From NCBI GenBank assembly GCA_003345545.1, contig PRDH01000081.1:56483-120482 (forward strand): a DNA stretch of 64,000 bases, read 5' to 3'. A program made the translations under genes and the position numbers. The notes beneath the pieces were generated by a model that searched no databases, was not told the DNA's origin, and saw only the letters and a list, made by a program, of their open reading frames with translations. Origin of the DNA: Candidatus Thorarchaeota archaeon (GTDB lineage: Archaea; Asgardarchaeota; Thorarchaeia; Thorarchaeales; Thorarchaeaceae). Position 1 is the stretch's first letter. Each line of letters begins with the position of its first letter. Positions 1-11,301 of this stretch are shown piece after piece.

Positions 1-132
1 CCCAGAATCCCTGTAATGTCATGCGGGCCACATAGGCAAATAGAACTGACCAAAGCCCTTTTAGGTGGAATAACCTCAGCGAGTCTAAGCGGCGAGAGCC
101 GACCCTTGTTGACATCAAGGAGATTGATCCTT

Positions 133-2604
133 TTGTCGAACTTAGAACCCAAAATCAAGTCCAAACGGTGGACACCTGAATCAGAGGCTGAACTGCTGGA
201 AACTTGGGCAAAGGAAGATACATACGAGTTCAATATGGACTCAGGGAAGAAGATCTACACGGTTGATACTCCCCCTCCCTATCTCTCAGGCCCCATGCAC
301 GTAGGGCAGGTCACGCACTATACACAGATTGACGCTATTGCACGCTACAGACGAATGCAGGGGTTCGAGGTCAATTTCCCACTTGGAATTGATCGTAATG
401 GTCTACCGGTAGAGATTCGAGTCGAGAAGGATCTCGGTATTAGTATGCACAGGACACCCCGTGATGAGTTTCTCCACCTGTGCAAGAAACGTCTAGATGA
501 TGATGAAAAGATAGCTATTCGTGCCTTCAAGAGACTTGGAATCGCCTTCAACACGTATGAGGATAGGGGCAGTTATCGTACCGATAGCCCACGATTCAGG
601 GCTGTGACTCAGGCCACGTTCATTGAGATTTGGAACAAGGGACTCGTGTATTCTGATGTACGTCCAAACAACTGGTGCTTTGAGTGTGGTACAACTATCG
701 CAGATGCTGAAGTGGAGTACTCTGAGCGTCAGACTACCCTGAACTATCTACACTTTGAGGTAGAAGGACTTGATCCGATTGAGATTGCTACAACAAGACC
801 TGAGCTACTCTGTGCATGTGGCGCAGTGTTTGTTCATCCTGATGATGCACGATATTCTGCTTATCATGGAAAGAAAGCCAGGGTTCCAATCTTCAACATT
901 GAAGTACCCATAATAGCAAGCTCTGCTGCTCAGATGGAGTTTGCCACAGGAGCTCTAATGGTCTGTAGTTATGGTGATCAGGCTGATGTGATGGCTTTCA
1001 GAGATCATGCGCTTACTCCGATTGCTGCTGTTACACCTGAGGGTACAATGACTGAGGCTGCTGGGAAATATGCCGGCATGACGATGGCTGACGCTAGGAA
1101 AGCAATTCTGGCTGATCTCAAGAAGAAGAAACTGCTTATCCGACAGGAACAGACAATGCAGAGGATACCCCTATGCTGGCGTAGTGGTACACCCATTGAG
1201 TTCATTGCGATGAACGAGTATTACGTGAAACAGGTGGAGTTCGTCGAGGACCTGCTGAAGATCGCCAGAGAAATGACCTTCTACCCACCATTTCACAGGC
1301 AGATTCTCATTGATTGGCTCAACAGAGTCACTGTAGACTGGCCAGTCAGCAGACGCAGATACTATGGCACTGAAATCCCAATCTGGTACTGCAAGTCATG
1401 CGGAGCGGCTGTTCTTCCTGAGCTGACTGGAGAGCCTAAGTATTACCAACCATGGCGAGAGAATCCTCCCTTCTCTAAGTGTCCCAAGTGTGGTGTGGAA
1501 GAGGGATTCAGAGGAGAAGAACGCACCTTTGATACATGGATGGACTCGTCTACTACTGGCCTCCAAATCATAGGATTCATGCGTAATGAAAAGCTGTTCA
1601 AGAAAGCCTTTGGAAACGTACTTCGCCCACAGGGAAAGGACATTGTAAGGACTTGGCTCTATTACTCTCTTCTCCGGACTCTGCAGCTGACAGGGAAGCC
1701 TGCGTTTAAAGAAGCATGGATTTCCGGTCATGTAGTGGATGAAAACGGCGAAACAATGAGCAAGTCCAAAGGCAACTCACCACCTCCGATGCCATTCGTC
1801 GAGAAGTATGGTGCCGATGCGATGCGTATGTTCGGAATTCTTGAGGCTGGACTCGGCAGCGATGTTCGTTTCTCCGAGGATCGCTTGGCTGGAGTATCGA
1901 AATTCATGACCAAGCTCTGGAATATCGCTCGTTTCATCTCGATGTTTCCAATACCCAAAGAGATGGGATTCAAGAAGCTCACTAGTGTGGATCAATGGAT
2001 TCTTGCAGAACTGAACAAGGTCTTGGAGCGAATAGTGCCTGAATGTGATCTTCTTGACTTTCACAAGCCCGCAACAGAAGTCCGAGGATTCACTTGGAAC
2101 TTCTTCGCGGACATTGTCATGGAGATGATCAAGGGACGTGCACTCAATACGAACGGCACCTTTTCAGCAGATGAACAGAAATCTGCCTGGTCCACCTTAC
2201 ATGAGGTATTGAAGAAAGTGACTCGAGCACTGGCTCCAATTACTCCCTTCATCACTGATCGAATCTACAGAGAGCTCTATGATGAGAGAGGAGTTCACAG
2301 ACAGAGCTATCCCTTAGTGCGTAAGGACTGGGAGTCAGATTTGACGGAACACACAGTGCTCTTGCTTCAGACAAACCAAGCACTCTGGAAATTCAAGCGT
2401 GAGAATGGGATTTCACTGAGACAGGGACTCCCTGAGGCCTATATCCCAGAGAATCTTAGACCTTGGTCAAAGGACCTTCAGGCAATGCATGGCATTGAGA
2501 GAATCAGCTTTGGACAGCCCAACGATGCCAAGTTTGTGGAAGTCAAGTTTCTTGAGGTGGAAGGTGCAATCTACATTCGTCCCCCGGCAGAGAATAAGAC
2601 ATGA
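133..2604 (+). CDS. valS: Valyl-tRNA synthetase (archaeal type)
   Basis: DTPPPY, HVGQ (HIGH-like), TTRPE and TMSKS motifs, GADAMR. ORF opens at 16; TTG at 133 is the likelier start. Confidence 0.93.
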   Translation: MSNLEPKIKSKRWTPESEAELLETWAKEDTYEFNMDSGKKIYTVDTPPPYLSGPMHVGQVTHYTQIDAIARYRRMQGFEVNFPLGIDRNGLPVEIRVEKDLGISMHRTPRDEFLHLCKKRLDDDEKIAIRAFKRLGIAFNTYEDRGSYRTDSPRFRAVTQATFIEIWNKGLVYSDVRPNNWCFECGTTIADAEVEYSERQTTLNYLHFEVEGLDPIEIATTRPELLCACGAVFVHPDDARYSAYHGKKARVPIFNIEVPIIASSAAQMEFATGALMVCSYGDQADVMAFRDHALTPIAAVTPEGTMTEAAGKYAGMTMADARKAILADLKKKKLLIRQEQTMQRIPLCWRSGTPIEFIAMNEYYVKQVEFVEDLLKIAREMTFYPPFHRQILIDWLNRVTVDWPVSRRRYYGTEIPIWYCKSCGAAVLPELTGEPKYYQPWRENPPFSKCPKCGVEEGFRGEERTFDTWMDSSTTGLQIIGFMRNEKLFKKAFGNVLRPQGKDIVRTWLYYSLLRTLQLTGKPAFKEAWISGHVVDENGETMSKSKGNSPPPMPFVEKYGADAMRMFGILEAGLGSDVRFSEDRLAGVSKFMTKLWNIARFISMFPIPKEMGFKKLTSVDQWILAELNKVLERIVPECDLLDFHKPATEVRGFTWNFFADIVMEMIKGRALNTNGTFSADEQKSAWSTLHEVLKKVTRALAPITPFITDRIYRELYDERGVHRQSYPLVRKDWESDLTEHTVLLLQTNQALWKFKRENGISLRQGLPEAYIPENLRPWSKDLQAMHGIERISFGQPNDAKFVEVKFLEVEGAIYIRPPAENKT

Positions 2605-2625
2605 TAATGCCCGCTCCACTCGATT

Positions 2626-3060
2626 CTATCCCACTGTCACTTCATTTACATGCTCAGTTGGACACTTCATGCTGTTGGACACAAGGCAGTACTTCCCAGC
2701 GAGTTCCAACGCTCGTTCTGCCTTTGGTATGAGATCTTCAGTGTCGACCGTCACCTTTGTTCTCAGAAGAAGCTTGGTGAACTGAAAGCCCTTCTCCACC
2801 TTCTCCAGCGTTCCAAGCCCTTCACAGGCGAATGACTTGAATTCAACGTGTACTTTCTTTGCGAATGTAATGAAGGTTGTCAGGAAACATGAGGTGGCAG
2901 CTGCTACAAAGAGGTCCTCTGGACTGATGATTCCTTCAGGTCCATCGAATTCAGGAGGTGCTGAGATCTGTATCTTGGGTTTTCCTTTTACAGTCAGATC
3001 TCCAACCCTACCGTGTGTCCAATCAATCTTCACAAGATACTCGTGTGACTCGTCACTCAT
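2626..3060 (-). CDS. OsmC/Ohr family protein
   Basis: SPEDLFVAAATSC ... KYCLVSNS two-Cys OsmC signature. Confidence 0.9.
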   Translation of the reverse strand: MSDESHEYLVKIDWTHGRVGDLTVKGKPKIQISAPPEFDGPEGIISPEDLFVAAATSCFLTTFITFAKKVHVEFKSFACEGLGTLEKVEKGFQFTKLLLRTKVTVDTEDLIPKAERALELAGKYCLVSNSMKCPTEHVNEVTVG

Positions 3061-3121
3061 CTCTTTCGCCGTAGTTTCTAGCCTTCATCTCCATGAAAAA
3101 AGGATTTGGTTCTTGCCGCAA

Positions 3122-3556
3122 CTACAGAACAACAATCTCAACATCATGTGAGATTGGGCACTTCATACTGTTACCAACAAAACAATACTTCTTTGCTAGC
3201 TCTAGGGCCCGACCAATCTTATCACGAAGCTCTTCGGATTCAATCTGGGCTCTAGCCCTTATCCGAATTCTGGTTATCTCAAAGCTGCGACCGACCTTCT
3301 CCAGTGTCCCGACAGCATCACATGTGAATGCCTTGAAATCGATGTGCATCTTTCTTGTGAAATCGACGAAGCCATTCATGTAGCAGACTGATGCGGAGGC
3401 TACAAAGAGGTCTTCTGGAGAATGATAGTTCGCCTCCTCAGGATCGCTTGATGAGGTACCAGTTCTTATGACTGCTTTCCCCTCGACTGATAACTTGCCG
3501 GTCCTTCCACCGGTCCAGACAAGGCTCACAGGAAAAAGTGTTGGCTCTTCACTCAT
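3122..3556 (-). CDS. OsmC/Ohr family protein (tandem paralog)
   Basis: SPEDLFVASASVC ... KYCFVGNS; clear paralog of 2626-3060. Confidence 0.9.
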   Translation of the reverse strand: MSEEPTLFPVSLVWTGGRTGKLSVEGKAVIRTGTSSSDPEEANYHSPEDLFVASASVCYMNGFVDFTRKMHIDFKAFTCDAVGTLEKVGRSFEITRIRIRARAQIESEELRDKIGRALELAKKYCFVGNSMKCPISHDVEIVVL

Positions 3557-3616
3557 TCAATACACCTATCCTTTCTCTTGCATAGTCCTGAAAAAGCATT
3601 TAGGCGTGGCAACGCT

Positions 3617-4390
3617 CTATCCCTTTTCGCCCTTGAAGACGGCAAAGAACGGAATTCGATGCTCTCGATCAAAGAACGCATCATCAGCTGTTGGCTGGGG
3701 CTCTCTGAAGGCTACGAGATTGAAGCCAGAAGCAATTAGCGCATTCAGGTATGTGCCAAGAGTTCTGTGAAAGAAGCTTATTGCTGCTGGAAATCTCTCG
3801 CCTGTCCGAGTGGTCCAATAACGTTCGTACTCTCTCTCATCAAAGTACTTGTCGACTTTGAAGTACACCCCCTCTCTTCTTCCAGTCTTAGGGTCTTTCT
3901 CACCCATCTCCCAAGAACCAGGACCATAGAGATTGAAGGCAGGGTGCACGATGGAGAATACAAGATGTCCACCTTCTCGAAGGACTCGGTAGAACTCTCT
4001 GAGTGCCTCTCTGAGGCATGGAACATTCAGAAGGACTAGATTTGCGAGCACAATGTCGAATTCGTGGTCTGGAATCGAATCCAGATGACATATGTCCGTC
4101 GCTCTGTATTCAACGATGATTCCCTCGCGCTTTGCCAGGCTCCTAGACGTTTCTATTAGACGCTCAGATAAGTCGACAGCAGTGACAGAAGCTCCCTTCC
4201 CTGCGTAATATCGAGATAGGTATCCCTCTCCACACCCTGCATCAAGGAGCTTCTTGCCCTTGACATCACCGAGGAGCTGCTCGACGCATGGATTCAGAAT
4301 GTGTCTGTGGTGAGGTGTACCACTTTCTGCAATGAGATCCGCGAATGCCTCTGCATTAGCTTCCCACTGCTGTCGAAATCGGTCGTCCAT
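3617..4390 (-). CDS. Class I SAM-dependent methyltransferase
   Basis: LLDAGCGEG motif I; RVLREGG. Confidence 0.9.
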   Translation of the reverse strand: MDDRFRQQWEANAEAFADLIAESGTPHHRHILNPCVEQLLGDVKGKKLLDAGCGEGYLSRYYAGKGASVTAVDLSERLIETSRSLAKREGIIVEYRATDICHLDSIPDHEFDIVLANLVLLNVPCLREALREFYRVLREGGHLVFSIVHPAFNLYGPGSWEMGEKDPKTGRREGVYFKVDKYFDEREYERYWTTRTGERFPAAISFFHRTLGTYLNALIASGFNLVAFREPQPTADDAFFDREHRIPFFAVFKGEKG

Positions 4391-4613
4391 GAGCTGTCAA
4401 CCTAGATCGGCTCTTCTCAAGTTTTCGCTTGCCTAACCATATTCTATCCCAGGCCTTGCGGACCCGTTTTCTGGTCTTCCCAAGTACTGGGCAACGGTCT
4501 ACTTGATTGCAGGCCCCACTTCGGCTGCAATCTCGTTTTCTACGTGAATTCATGACAAATCAGACCAATCAAAATAAGAGGTCGTAGATATCCGTGCATT
4601 TTGGTAGTTCAAG

Positions 4614-5816
4614 ATGGTCATCGACGAACGGCACTCAGATGAAGCAAAAACAGAGAGAAATCCGGCATACGTGCTTGGACTCGCCTCTTTGCTTAATGAT
4701 ACTGGATCTGATATGATTGCTCCTATCTGGCCTGCCTTTCTTACCACTCAGCTTGGCATAGATCCCGGTGTTGTACAGATGATTGATGGTCTGGCATTGA
4801 CAGTCACTTCCCTCTCAAAGCTAGGCGCTGGCTATGCTTCAGACAAAACAGGCAAACGGAAGCCATTCATTGCTCTGGGATATGCCCTGTCGTCTATTGC
4901 ACGCATAGGATTCATTCTTGCCACCTTTGGATACCAGTTCTTCCAGATACTCCTCTGGAAGTCTATGGACCGACTTGGCAAAATGCGAGGGCCCCCACGT
5001 GATGCAATAGTTGCTGCTTACGCATCAGAGAAGAAACGGGGACGTACATTTGGTGTACTGCGGGCACTTGACACCACAGGTGCAGTTCTGGGCTCGTTTA
5101 TTACCCTCCTTCTCTTTGCCTATTTAGGTTATACGGGGATTATCCTGTTGGCCGTTGTTCCAGGTCTCGGTTCCGTTGTTGTAGTTTCTGCACTTATAAA
5201 GGAAAGAAGAGGAAGAGATGCCTTCAAGGGGGTGAATTTCCGTGGTCTTGACCGCAATCTTAAGGTATTTCTCGTGGCCTCTGTTCTCTTTGCTCTTGCG
5301 ACTTTCAGCTACTCACTATTGATTCTCTATTCAGCCACTTTTGGGCACACAGTCATTCAACAGACGGCTCTCTATCTGCTGTTCACGATTGTGTACGCTG
5401 CCACAGCATACCCCTTTGGCAGAATCTCGGATAGGGTGGGTCGAAAACCTGTACTAATTGCTGCCTTCCTCTTCTTGATACTGACAGCAGTCTGGGCCTA
5501 CTCATTCACCACTGATATGCTGACTATCGTGCCTCTCTTCATCCTCTTTGGACTGATGAATGGTGCTCTCGATCCTGTTCAGACAAGCCTGGTCGCTGAC
5601 CTAGTGGAGGAGAAGCGCCGTGCGAGTGTCATTGGAGCATTTCAAATGGCGATTGGTATGTCCGCGCTTCCTGGGGGACTGATTATTGGATATCTCTGGG
5701 ATCAATTCAATCCTCAAGCAGTCTTCCTGTATTCAATCGTTCTCACATTTCTAGCATTGATTCTACTGTTACTCATACGAACGAAAAGGAGCGAACTGGT
5801 AACCAGCGCAAGTTGA
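4614..5816 (+). CDS. MFS transporter
   Basis: About 12 hydrophobic segments; GYASDKTGKRK and GRISDRVGRK motif A. Confidence 0.9.
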   Translation: MVIDERHSDEAKTERNPAYVLGLASLLNDTGSDMIAPIWPAFLTTQLGIDPGVVQMIDGLALTVTSLSKLGAGYASDKTGKRKPFIALGYALSSIARIGFILATFGYQFFQILLWKSMDRLGKMRGPPRDAIVAAYASEKKRGRTFGVLRALDTTGAVLGSFITLLLFAYLGYTGIILLAVVPGLGSVVVVSALIKERRGRDAFKGVNFRGLDRNLKVFLVASVLFALATFSYSLLILYSATFGHTVIQQTALYLLFTIVYAATAYPFGRISDRVGRKPVLIAAFLFLILTAVWAYSFTTDMLTIVPLFILFGLMNGALDPVQTSLVADLVEEKRRASVIGAFQMAIGMSALPGGLIIGYLWDQFNPQAVFLYSIVLTFLALILLLLIRTKRSELVTSAS

Positions 5817-5819
5817 AGA

Positions 5820-5926
5820 TGGTGGACCGGGCGAGATTTGAACTCGCGGCCTTCTGAAGTGTCGGCCTGTGGCTAACACCAGCAAGCTTGCGAATCAGAC
5901 GATCTACCGGTCTGATCTACCGGCCC
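5820..5926 (-). tRNA. tRNA-Ala(CGC) with 30-nt intron (5859-5888) at position 37/38; CCA encoded
   Basis: Reverse complement folds as GGGCCGG acceptor (G3:U70), TCTGA/TCAGA anticodon stem with TTCGCA, TTCAAAT T-loop, ACCA end; 77 nt after intron removal. Confidence 0.93.
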
Positions 5927-5978
5927 ACTGAGATGCTTCTCCGTATGGATTTCTTAAAAGATTGTCTGCTCATATGAA

Positions 5979-6272
5979 TCAGATCTCAATCCCAAATGCC
6001 TCGGAGAACCGTTCCATTCTAAGGAACTCCCGAAGGAACTCTCTGCCTTTCTCTGTCAGCAGGTATGACCGATTGTTACTATCAGGGCCCACCTCTTGCA
6101 CGAGTGCTTTTTCGACCAGTTCTTCCAGATATTGGGTCAATCGATCATGGGACAGATTTGCCGCGTAGAGTATCTTAGTCGGGCCTGTGCCTTCCTCCCC
6201 CTCACTCTGAATGGCACGCATCATATCTGCTAGGATGCGCATCTTTGAGCGATAGGGTCGCTTCTTACTCAT
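5979..6272 (-). CDS. Winged-helix DNA-binding protein (archaeal HTH_45-like)
   Basis: RSKMRILADM..., TKILYAANLS, YLLTEKG. Confidence 0.85.
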   Translation of the reverse strand: MSKKRPYRSKMRILADMMRAIQSEGEEGTGPTKILYAANLSHDRLTQYLEELVEKALVQEVGPDSNNRSYLLTEKGREFLREFLRMERFSEAFGIEI

Positions 6273-6886
6273 ACGTTTCGGCCTGCCTTATAGAGCATGA
6301 CCAATAGCGACAAGAAACCAAGGAATTGCGCTCCTTGGCTCAACAGATAGAGGCCGGGAGCTGCAGCGACTTGAGCCATCATAATGTGGCTCAATAGGAT
6401 GAGGAAGAATCCAACTAGGACATAACGTGCGAACTTGCTACGCGTTGCCAAGTAGTTGAGGATGGCCTGGAGAACCACCACGACTAGTACCAGTATTGCA
6501 ACGATCTCGAGACTCGGATTGACCAGAAAGGTTGCCATCAACAGCATAGTGACACTTGCTGTGTCTTGGTTCTCTGTTTCCCTACGTGTGGGTTTCGTGG
6601 AGATTACGAAAATGGCATAGGCCATGATTCTGGATACTCCGTAGGCTATTGTGACAATGTCGGAGATTACATCTGTTGGTTCCCTTACAAGAAAATACCA
6701 TGTCCCAATCACTCGCCCGAACATGCCTGCAGATAGGACAAGGAATCCAGTAGATAGATCTGAGAGTCTCTTCTCACCAGTCAGTCGATATGCCTTTGTG
6801 GCATAGTAAGACACCATCAAGGCGATTATCCCACTGACTGCTTCAAAGAGTAAGTCTAGTCTGATGATTCCGGGATCTACTTGCAT
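6269..6886 (-). CDS. Hypothetical multi-pass membrane protein, coupled to the wHTH gene
   Basis: About 6-7 TM segments; 4-bp overlap with the next gene. Confidence 0.75.
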   Translation of the reverse strand: MQVDPGIIRLDLLFEAVSGIIALMVSYYATKAYRLTGEKRLSDLSTGFLVLSAGMFGRVIGTWYFLVREPTDVISDIVTIAYGVSRIMAYAIFVISTKPTRRETENQDTASVTMLLMATFLVNPSLEIVAILVLVVVVLQAILNYLATRSKFARYVLVGFFLILLSHIMMAQVAAAPGLYLLSQGAQFLGFLSLLVMLYKAGRNV

Positions 6887-7254
6887 TGGGTGACGCCTGT
6901 CCTATTCTTGTCAGCTTTGGTCTTATTACTGGTGAATGAATCATCTATGGCTTTTCTCTAATTCGGTGACATAATCCCCTGCTTCAGACGGTCTTTAGTG
7001 CGGATACTTCTTCTAGATGAATCATCTAGTGGTATCGTTCATCGCGCCTTTATATCGAGAATGCACTATACTTAACGTGCAAATCATGGAGCATGCCAAG
7101 AAGGCACTTGCATTCGTGGTTGCACAGATGGGCCGAACTCTCACGGCCCAACACATGATGGAAGAGTTCCGACAACTGCAAGATGAGCAGACAGGTAGAC
7201 ACTGTTTCTGCTTTGAAAGGCGGAGGAAACTCCGCCCTTCCATCGCCTTTTGTT

Positions 7255-9864
7255 CTATCCCTCTTTCTTCTCTAGCATAGACTCTATCTTGTCCAATCGG
7301 TCCTTGAGGTCTCTGTTTTGTTTCTCCAGTTCTTCTATACTCTTTTTCAGAGAATCGATTTCTTTTGGCTCCTTCTTCTTGCTCAGGTTTCTAATAGCAA
7401 TCCTGCATCTACGAACGGTTCCACTCTCGGCAGCCTGCTCAGCAAGCCGTGACAGCGCAGGTATGAGAGATGCGTCCTCATAGTCTGAAATTGCGGAGAT
7501 CGTCATGCTCTGCACTCGGTATGATTTGTCAAGGATATGACTCTCAAGGATTGAGCGTATCTCGGGATGCTCCTTTTTGAAGCGCTTTCCAAGAGTGGCA
7601 AGCATGCTAGGAATAGCACGTCGAATCCAATCGCTGTTGCCCAGTTCGAGGTACTTCTTGACAACGTCAATGGCTTCCTCTTTCTCAGTCGCTGCAATTC
7701 CCTCTAGGCAGCCTATCTCGACGATATCGTGCCAGCCTGGAGGACATTTCTTCAGGAATTTTGTCAGAATGGCAAATGCATCATCATGTTGCGTCTTGCC
7801 AATGGATGTTGCAGCAGCTGCCACCACAAAGTAGCTCTCCGTATCTCCTAAGATCTTTCTTAGAGCTGTTAATGCTTTGTCGCTCTTGTAGAACTCACCG
7901 AGAGCTCTGGCGACAGCGGTTCTCGCCTTTGTGTTCTTTAGTGTGGTTGCCTTGAGAAGCCATTCTAGAGCCGGCTCGGACTTTAGCGAGCCAAGGACTC
8001 TAGCAATCTCGACCTGTGTTCCCCAGAATTTCTCCTTCAGAAGCACCTCTCCAAGAGCTCCAACAGCCTTTGGGGTTGCCTTCTTCCCCAATGCCTGTGC
8101 AGCTTTGATTTTCTGGATGGTATTAGTCCCGTTCTGTAGCTGTTCAATCCACATGGGTTCGGGTTTCTCAATATTCCAGTCCATCAGAGTCGCATAATCA
8201 GGATCAATTACTATCTGCGCTGGCTTGCTTCGAACTGGATAATAGAAACCATGCACTCGTTCATTGACCTGCATGGTATGGCGGACCCGTGTTCCTTTTT
8301 CATCTACAGACTCCACTGTGAGTGGGAATCGAAACATCTCTGGTGTCATCCCGTCATCACTACTCTGAGTCTGTTCAATGGTTACATGTACGTGGCCAAG
8401 CATCTCATCATGGGTGACCTTAATCTTGCACTCCGGGTATCCTGCCTTGTATAGCCACTGCTCGAAGAACCAACCGAAGTCTTCACCTGTCATCTCCGTG
8501 AATAGGCTCTCTAGGTCGTGTGTGTAGGCAGACCTGTGGGAGAACCGGGTCAACCACTCACCTAGTATCTTCCACCAGCGGTCCTCCCCTACAAGATGCT
8601 TCAACATATAGTATCTCCATGCTGCTCCCGGGTAGAGATGGGCATCAAAGACATCTGAGCCTCGTTCCCACTCATTCTTCACGATTGGTCGACGGTATCT
8701 ATTCTTGTCCTCGTCAAAATAGGACTGCTGCTTTCCGTATTGATCATAGAGATACTCCTCTTCGCCCTTGTCATGGCGTTTCCACTCATTCTGCATCTGA
8801 GTCCCCCACCCCTCATTGAGCCACCCATGTGACCACGTTCTGCATGTGACAAGGTCTCCGCCCCACATATGCGCCAGCTCATGTGCAACAAGGCCCTCTG
8901 AGTCAAAGTCGTTATGCGTCTTCCCATCGTGGAGCGTGGCGTCAGTCTGCGTAGTTGCACTGACATTCTCCATTCCCCCAATGACGAAATTAGCAGCAGT
9001 CACTTGCGCGTATTTTGCCCACGGGTATCTGACTCCAAGTTTTGACTCAAAGAATCTAATCATCTCAGGAGTCTTACCGAAGGAACGGTATACCGTTTCC
9101 CTGTCCCACCTCTTGTGGGCATAATAGCTTACTTCTAGACCGTTGAAACTTTCCTTGTACTCCACATATTCCGAAACTGCTATCGTCATTAGGTATGCGG
9201 GAATGGGCTTCTCTTGTACCCAGTGGAAGGTTTCCGTTCCATCACTGTTCTCTGTTCGCTCTTTCAAGTAGCCGTTGCTCATCGCAAAGAAACCCTTCGG
9301 AACGGTGACGACTGTTTCAACAGGGAACTTGTGACTTGGGTTATCATATACAGGAACACAATACCGTGCATAATCATCCTGCATCTGTGTCCAAGCACTG
9401 GTCTCGACATCTGGAAATTGAGGGCTTCGGTTAGTGAAGTACAGTCCAGTTCGAGGATGGTCTATGGAATAAACAAAGGTCAGCTCTTCCATCTCTCTCT
9501 CGTTCAGAGTCTGAACCAAGTCAACTGACATTGTCTGTTCGTCTGGCATCATCTCAAATCTCAAAGAGTTTCCTTCTTTGTCAGTTACTCTCTCAATCAT
9601 CAATTCCGTTGCGTGTAGAAAGACTCTCTTTAGTTCCGGAGCAATACTCTCTATACGAATTGAAGAAACTGCATCAACATGCTCATTCCCTAGATTCATC
9701 TTCCACTCCAATTTCAGATGCAGAATATTGTAGTGCCTTGGAGGTGCCCACTGAGGTTTTGCTGTGGGAAAAGTAAATCCCTCTCTCTCAGCCATTAACA
9801 TGTTCTCCGCTTCTCGGATGCCATCGCGCATCAATGACTCAAGATACTTATGAAAATCCGTCAC
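7255..9864 (-). CDS. pepN: M1 family aminopeptidase N with C-terminal HEAT repeats and coiled coil
   Basis: GGMEN, HELAH...E (WLNEG) zinc motif; HEAT-like repeats. Confidence 0.9.
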   Translation of the reverse strand: MTDFHKYLESLMRDGIREAENMLMAEREGFTFPTAKPQWAPPRHYNILHLKLEWKMNLGNEHVDAVSSIRIESIAPELKRVFLHATELMIERVTDKEGNSLRFEMMPDEQTMSVDLVQTLNEREMEELTFVYSIDHPRTGLYFTNRSPQFPDVETSAWTQMQDDYARYCVPVYDNPSHKFPVETVVTVPKGFFAMSNGYLKERTENSDGTETFHWVQEKPIPAYLMTIAVSEYVEYKESFNGLEVSYYAHKRWDRETVYRSFGKTPEMIRFFESKLGVRYPWAKYAQVTAANFVIGGMENVSATTQTDATLHDGKTHNDFDSEGLVAHELAHMWGGDLVTCRTWSHGWLNEGWGTQMQNEWKRHDKGEEEYLYDQYGKQQSYFDEDKNRYRRPIVKNEWERGSDVFDAHLYPGAAWRYYMLKHLVGEDRWWKILGEWLTRFSHRSAYTHDLESLFTEMTGEDFGWFFEQWLYKAGYPECKIKVTHDEMLGHVHVTIEQTQSSDDGMTPEMFRFPLTVESVDEKGTRVRHTMQVNERVHGFYYPVRSKPAQIVIDPDYATLMDWNIEKPEPMWIEQLQNGTNTIQKIKAAQALGKKATPKAVGALGEVLLKEKFWGTQVEIARVLGSLKSEPALEWLLKATTLKNTKARTAVARALGEFYKSDKALTALRKILGDTESYFVVAAAATSIGKTQHDDAFAILTKFLKKCPPGWHDIVEIGCLEGIAATEKEEAIDVVKKYLELGNSDWIRRAIPSMLATLGKRFKKEHPEIRSILESHILDKSYRVQSMTISAISDYEDASLIPALSRLAEQAAESGTVRRCRIAIRNLSKKKEPKEIDSLKKSIEELEKQNRDLKDRLDKIESMLEKKEG

Positions 9865-10049
9865 CTGGGCTCTCTCCAGTTTCTTTTACTGGGCTTCTCC
9901 ACGGATGGAGTATGTTATGAAGTTTCGTGCCTCCGCAGGTGAAAGCGCACTGAGAGCCAAGCTTGACCAGAATCATCTACTGAATGGCTCACGAATGGAG
10001 CCGCATAGCCCTTTTCTGTGGGTGCAGTTGTTTCTTTAGCAGCCCCTTG

Positions 10050-10065
10050 GAAAGCTTTTTATTAG
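10050..10065 (+). promoter_or_regulatory. Putative BRE/TATA promoter of the 16S rRNA gene
   Basis: GAAAGCTTTTTATTAG upstream of the rRNA leader. Confidence 0.4.
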
Positions 10066-10227
10066 AACTCTTCGCGGAAGAGTTTGCTTTCGCATCATAC
10101 GGTGTCAGGCCGGATGCTGTCGGCGAATGCCAAGCTATGATGGCTCGTGATTTCCAGATGCGATGACAAGATGCGGACGTGAGATAGACTGGCACACATG
10201 TGACAGAATACCCTCAGGTCTAAGAAA

Positions 10228-10300
10228 GGCTCAACAGTGTGCAGGTATAACATGGGTAAGCTATCTCTGCTAACCCCGTTAAGCCTGTACTTCATCAAGC
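10228..10300 (+). other. 5' strand of the 16S pre-rRNA processing stem (leader)
   Basis: GGCTCAACAGTG pairs with 12087-12098; GGGTAAG with CTTGCTC; TCTCTGC with GTGGAGA; CCCCGTT with GACGGGG; CCTGTACTTC with GAGGTACAGG (12007-12016); CAAGC with GCTTG. Confidence 0.8.
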
Positions 10301-11237
10301 GAATTAAGTTCTGTGTGTAAAAGTGTTGTACAAAGTGACTGAGTACTACTCCAGTCATTCCTTGCTAAGATGTACAATATTAGGACCAACTCTAGTTGAT
10401 CCTGCTAGAGGACACTGCTATCGGCTTGGGGATAAGACATGCAAGTGGAACGGGCTCGCATCCGAGTCCGTCGCGAACGGCTCAGTAGTGTCGCTAACCT
10501 ACCCTGTGGAGGTGGACAACGCCGGGAAACTGGCGTCAATCCATCATAGGAGCATCGTTCTGGAAATGATGTTGCTCTCAAAAGGATGTTCCAGGCATGT
10601 GGGACACTCCGCCGCAGGACGGGACGGCACCGGATCATACTTGTAAGTGGGGTAACTGCCCACTTAGGTTATGACCCGAACGGGCGATGTAAGTCGTGGC
10701 CCGGAGAAGGGCACTGAGACAAGGGCCCTAGCCCCACGGGGCGCAGCAGTTACGAGACCTCACCAATGCGCGAAAGCGCGAGTGGGCTAAGCCGAGTGAT
10801 GGGGGATAACTCCATCTGTGGCGGATCCGCAGGGTGGACCGCTAGAAAGGAGAGGGCAAGGCTGGTGCCAGCCGCCGCGGTAAAACCAGCTCTTCGAGTG
10901 GTGTCCACAATTATTGAGCTTAAAGCGTTCGTAGCCTGCTTGGTAGGTCCCTGCTTAAATCCGGTCGCTCAACGATTGGTCTGGTAGGGATACCACCTTG
11001 CTTGGGGACGGGAGACGGTGACGGTATTCCGTAGGTAAGGGTGAAATCTAATGATCTACGGAGGACCACCAGTGGCGAAGGCGGTCGTCGAGAACGTGCC
11101 CGACGGTGAGGAACGAAACCTAGGGGAGCAAATCGGATTAGATACCCGAGTAGTCCTAGGTGTAAACGATGTCCGTTAAGTGTTGCATTGGCCACGAGCC
11201 ACTGCAGTGCTGTAGCTAAAGCGATAAACGGACCGCT

Positions 11238-11301
<64 letters not shown>
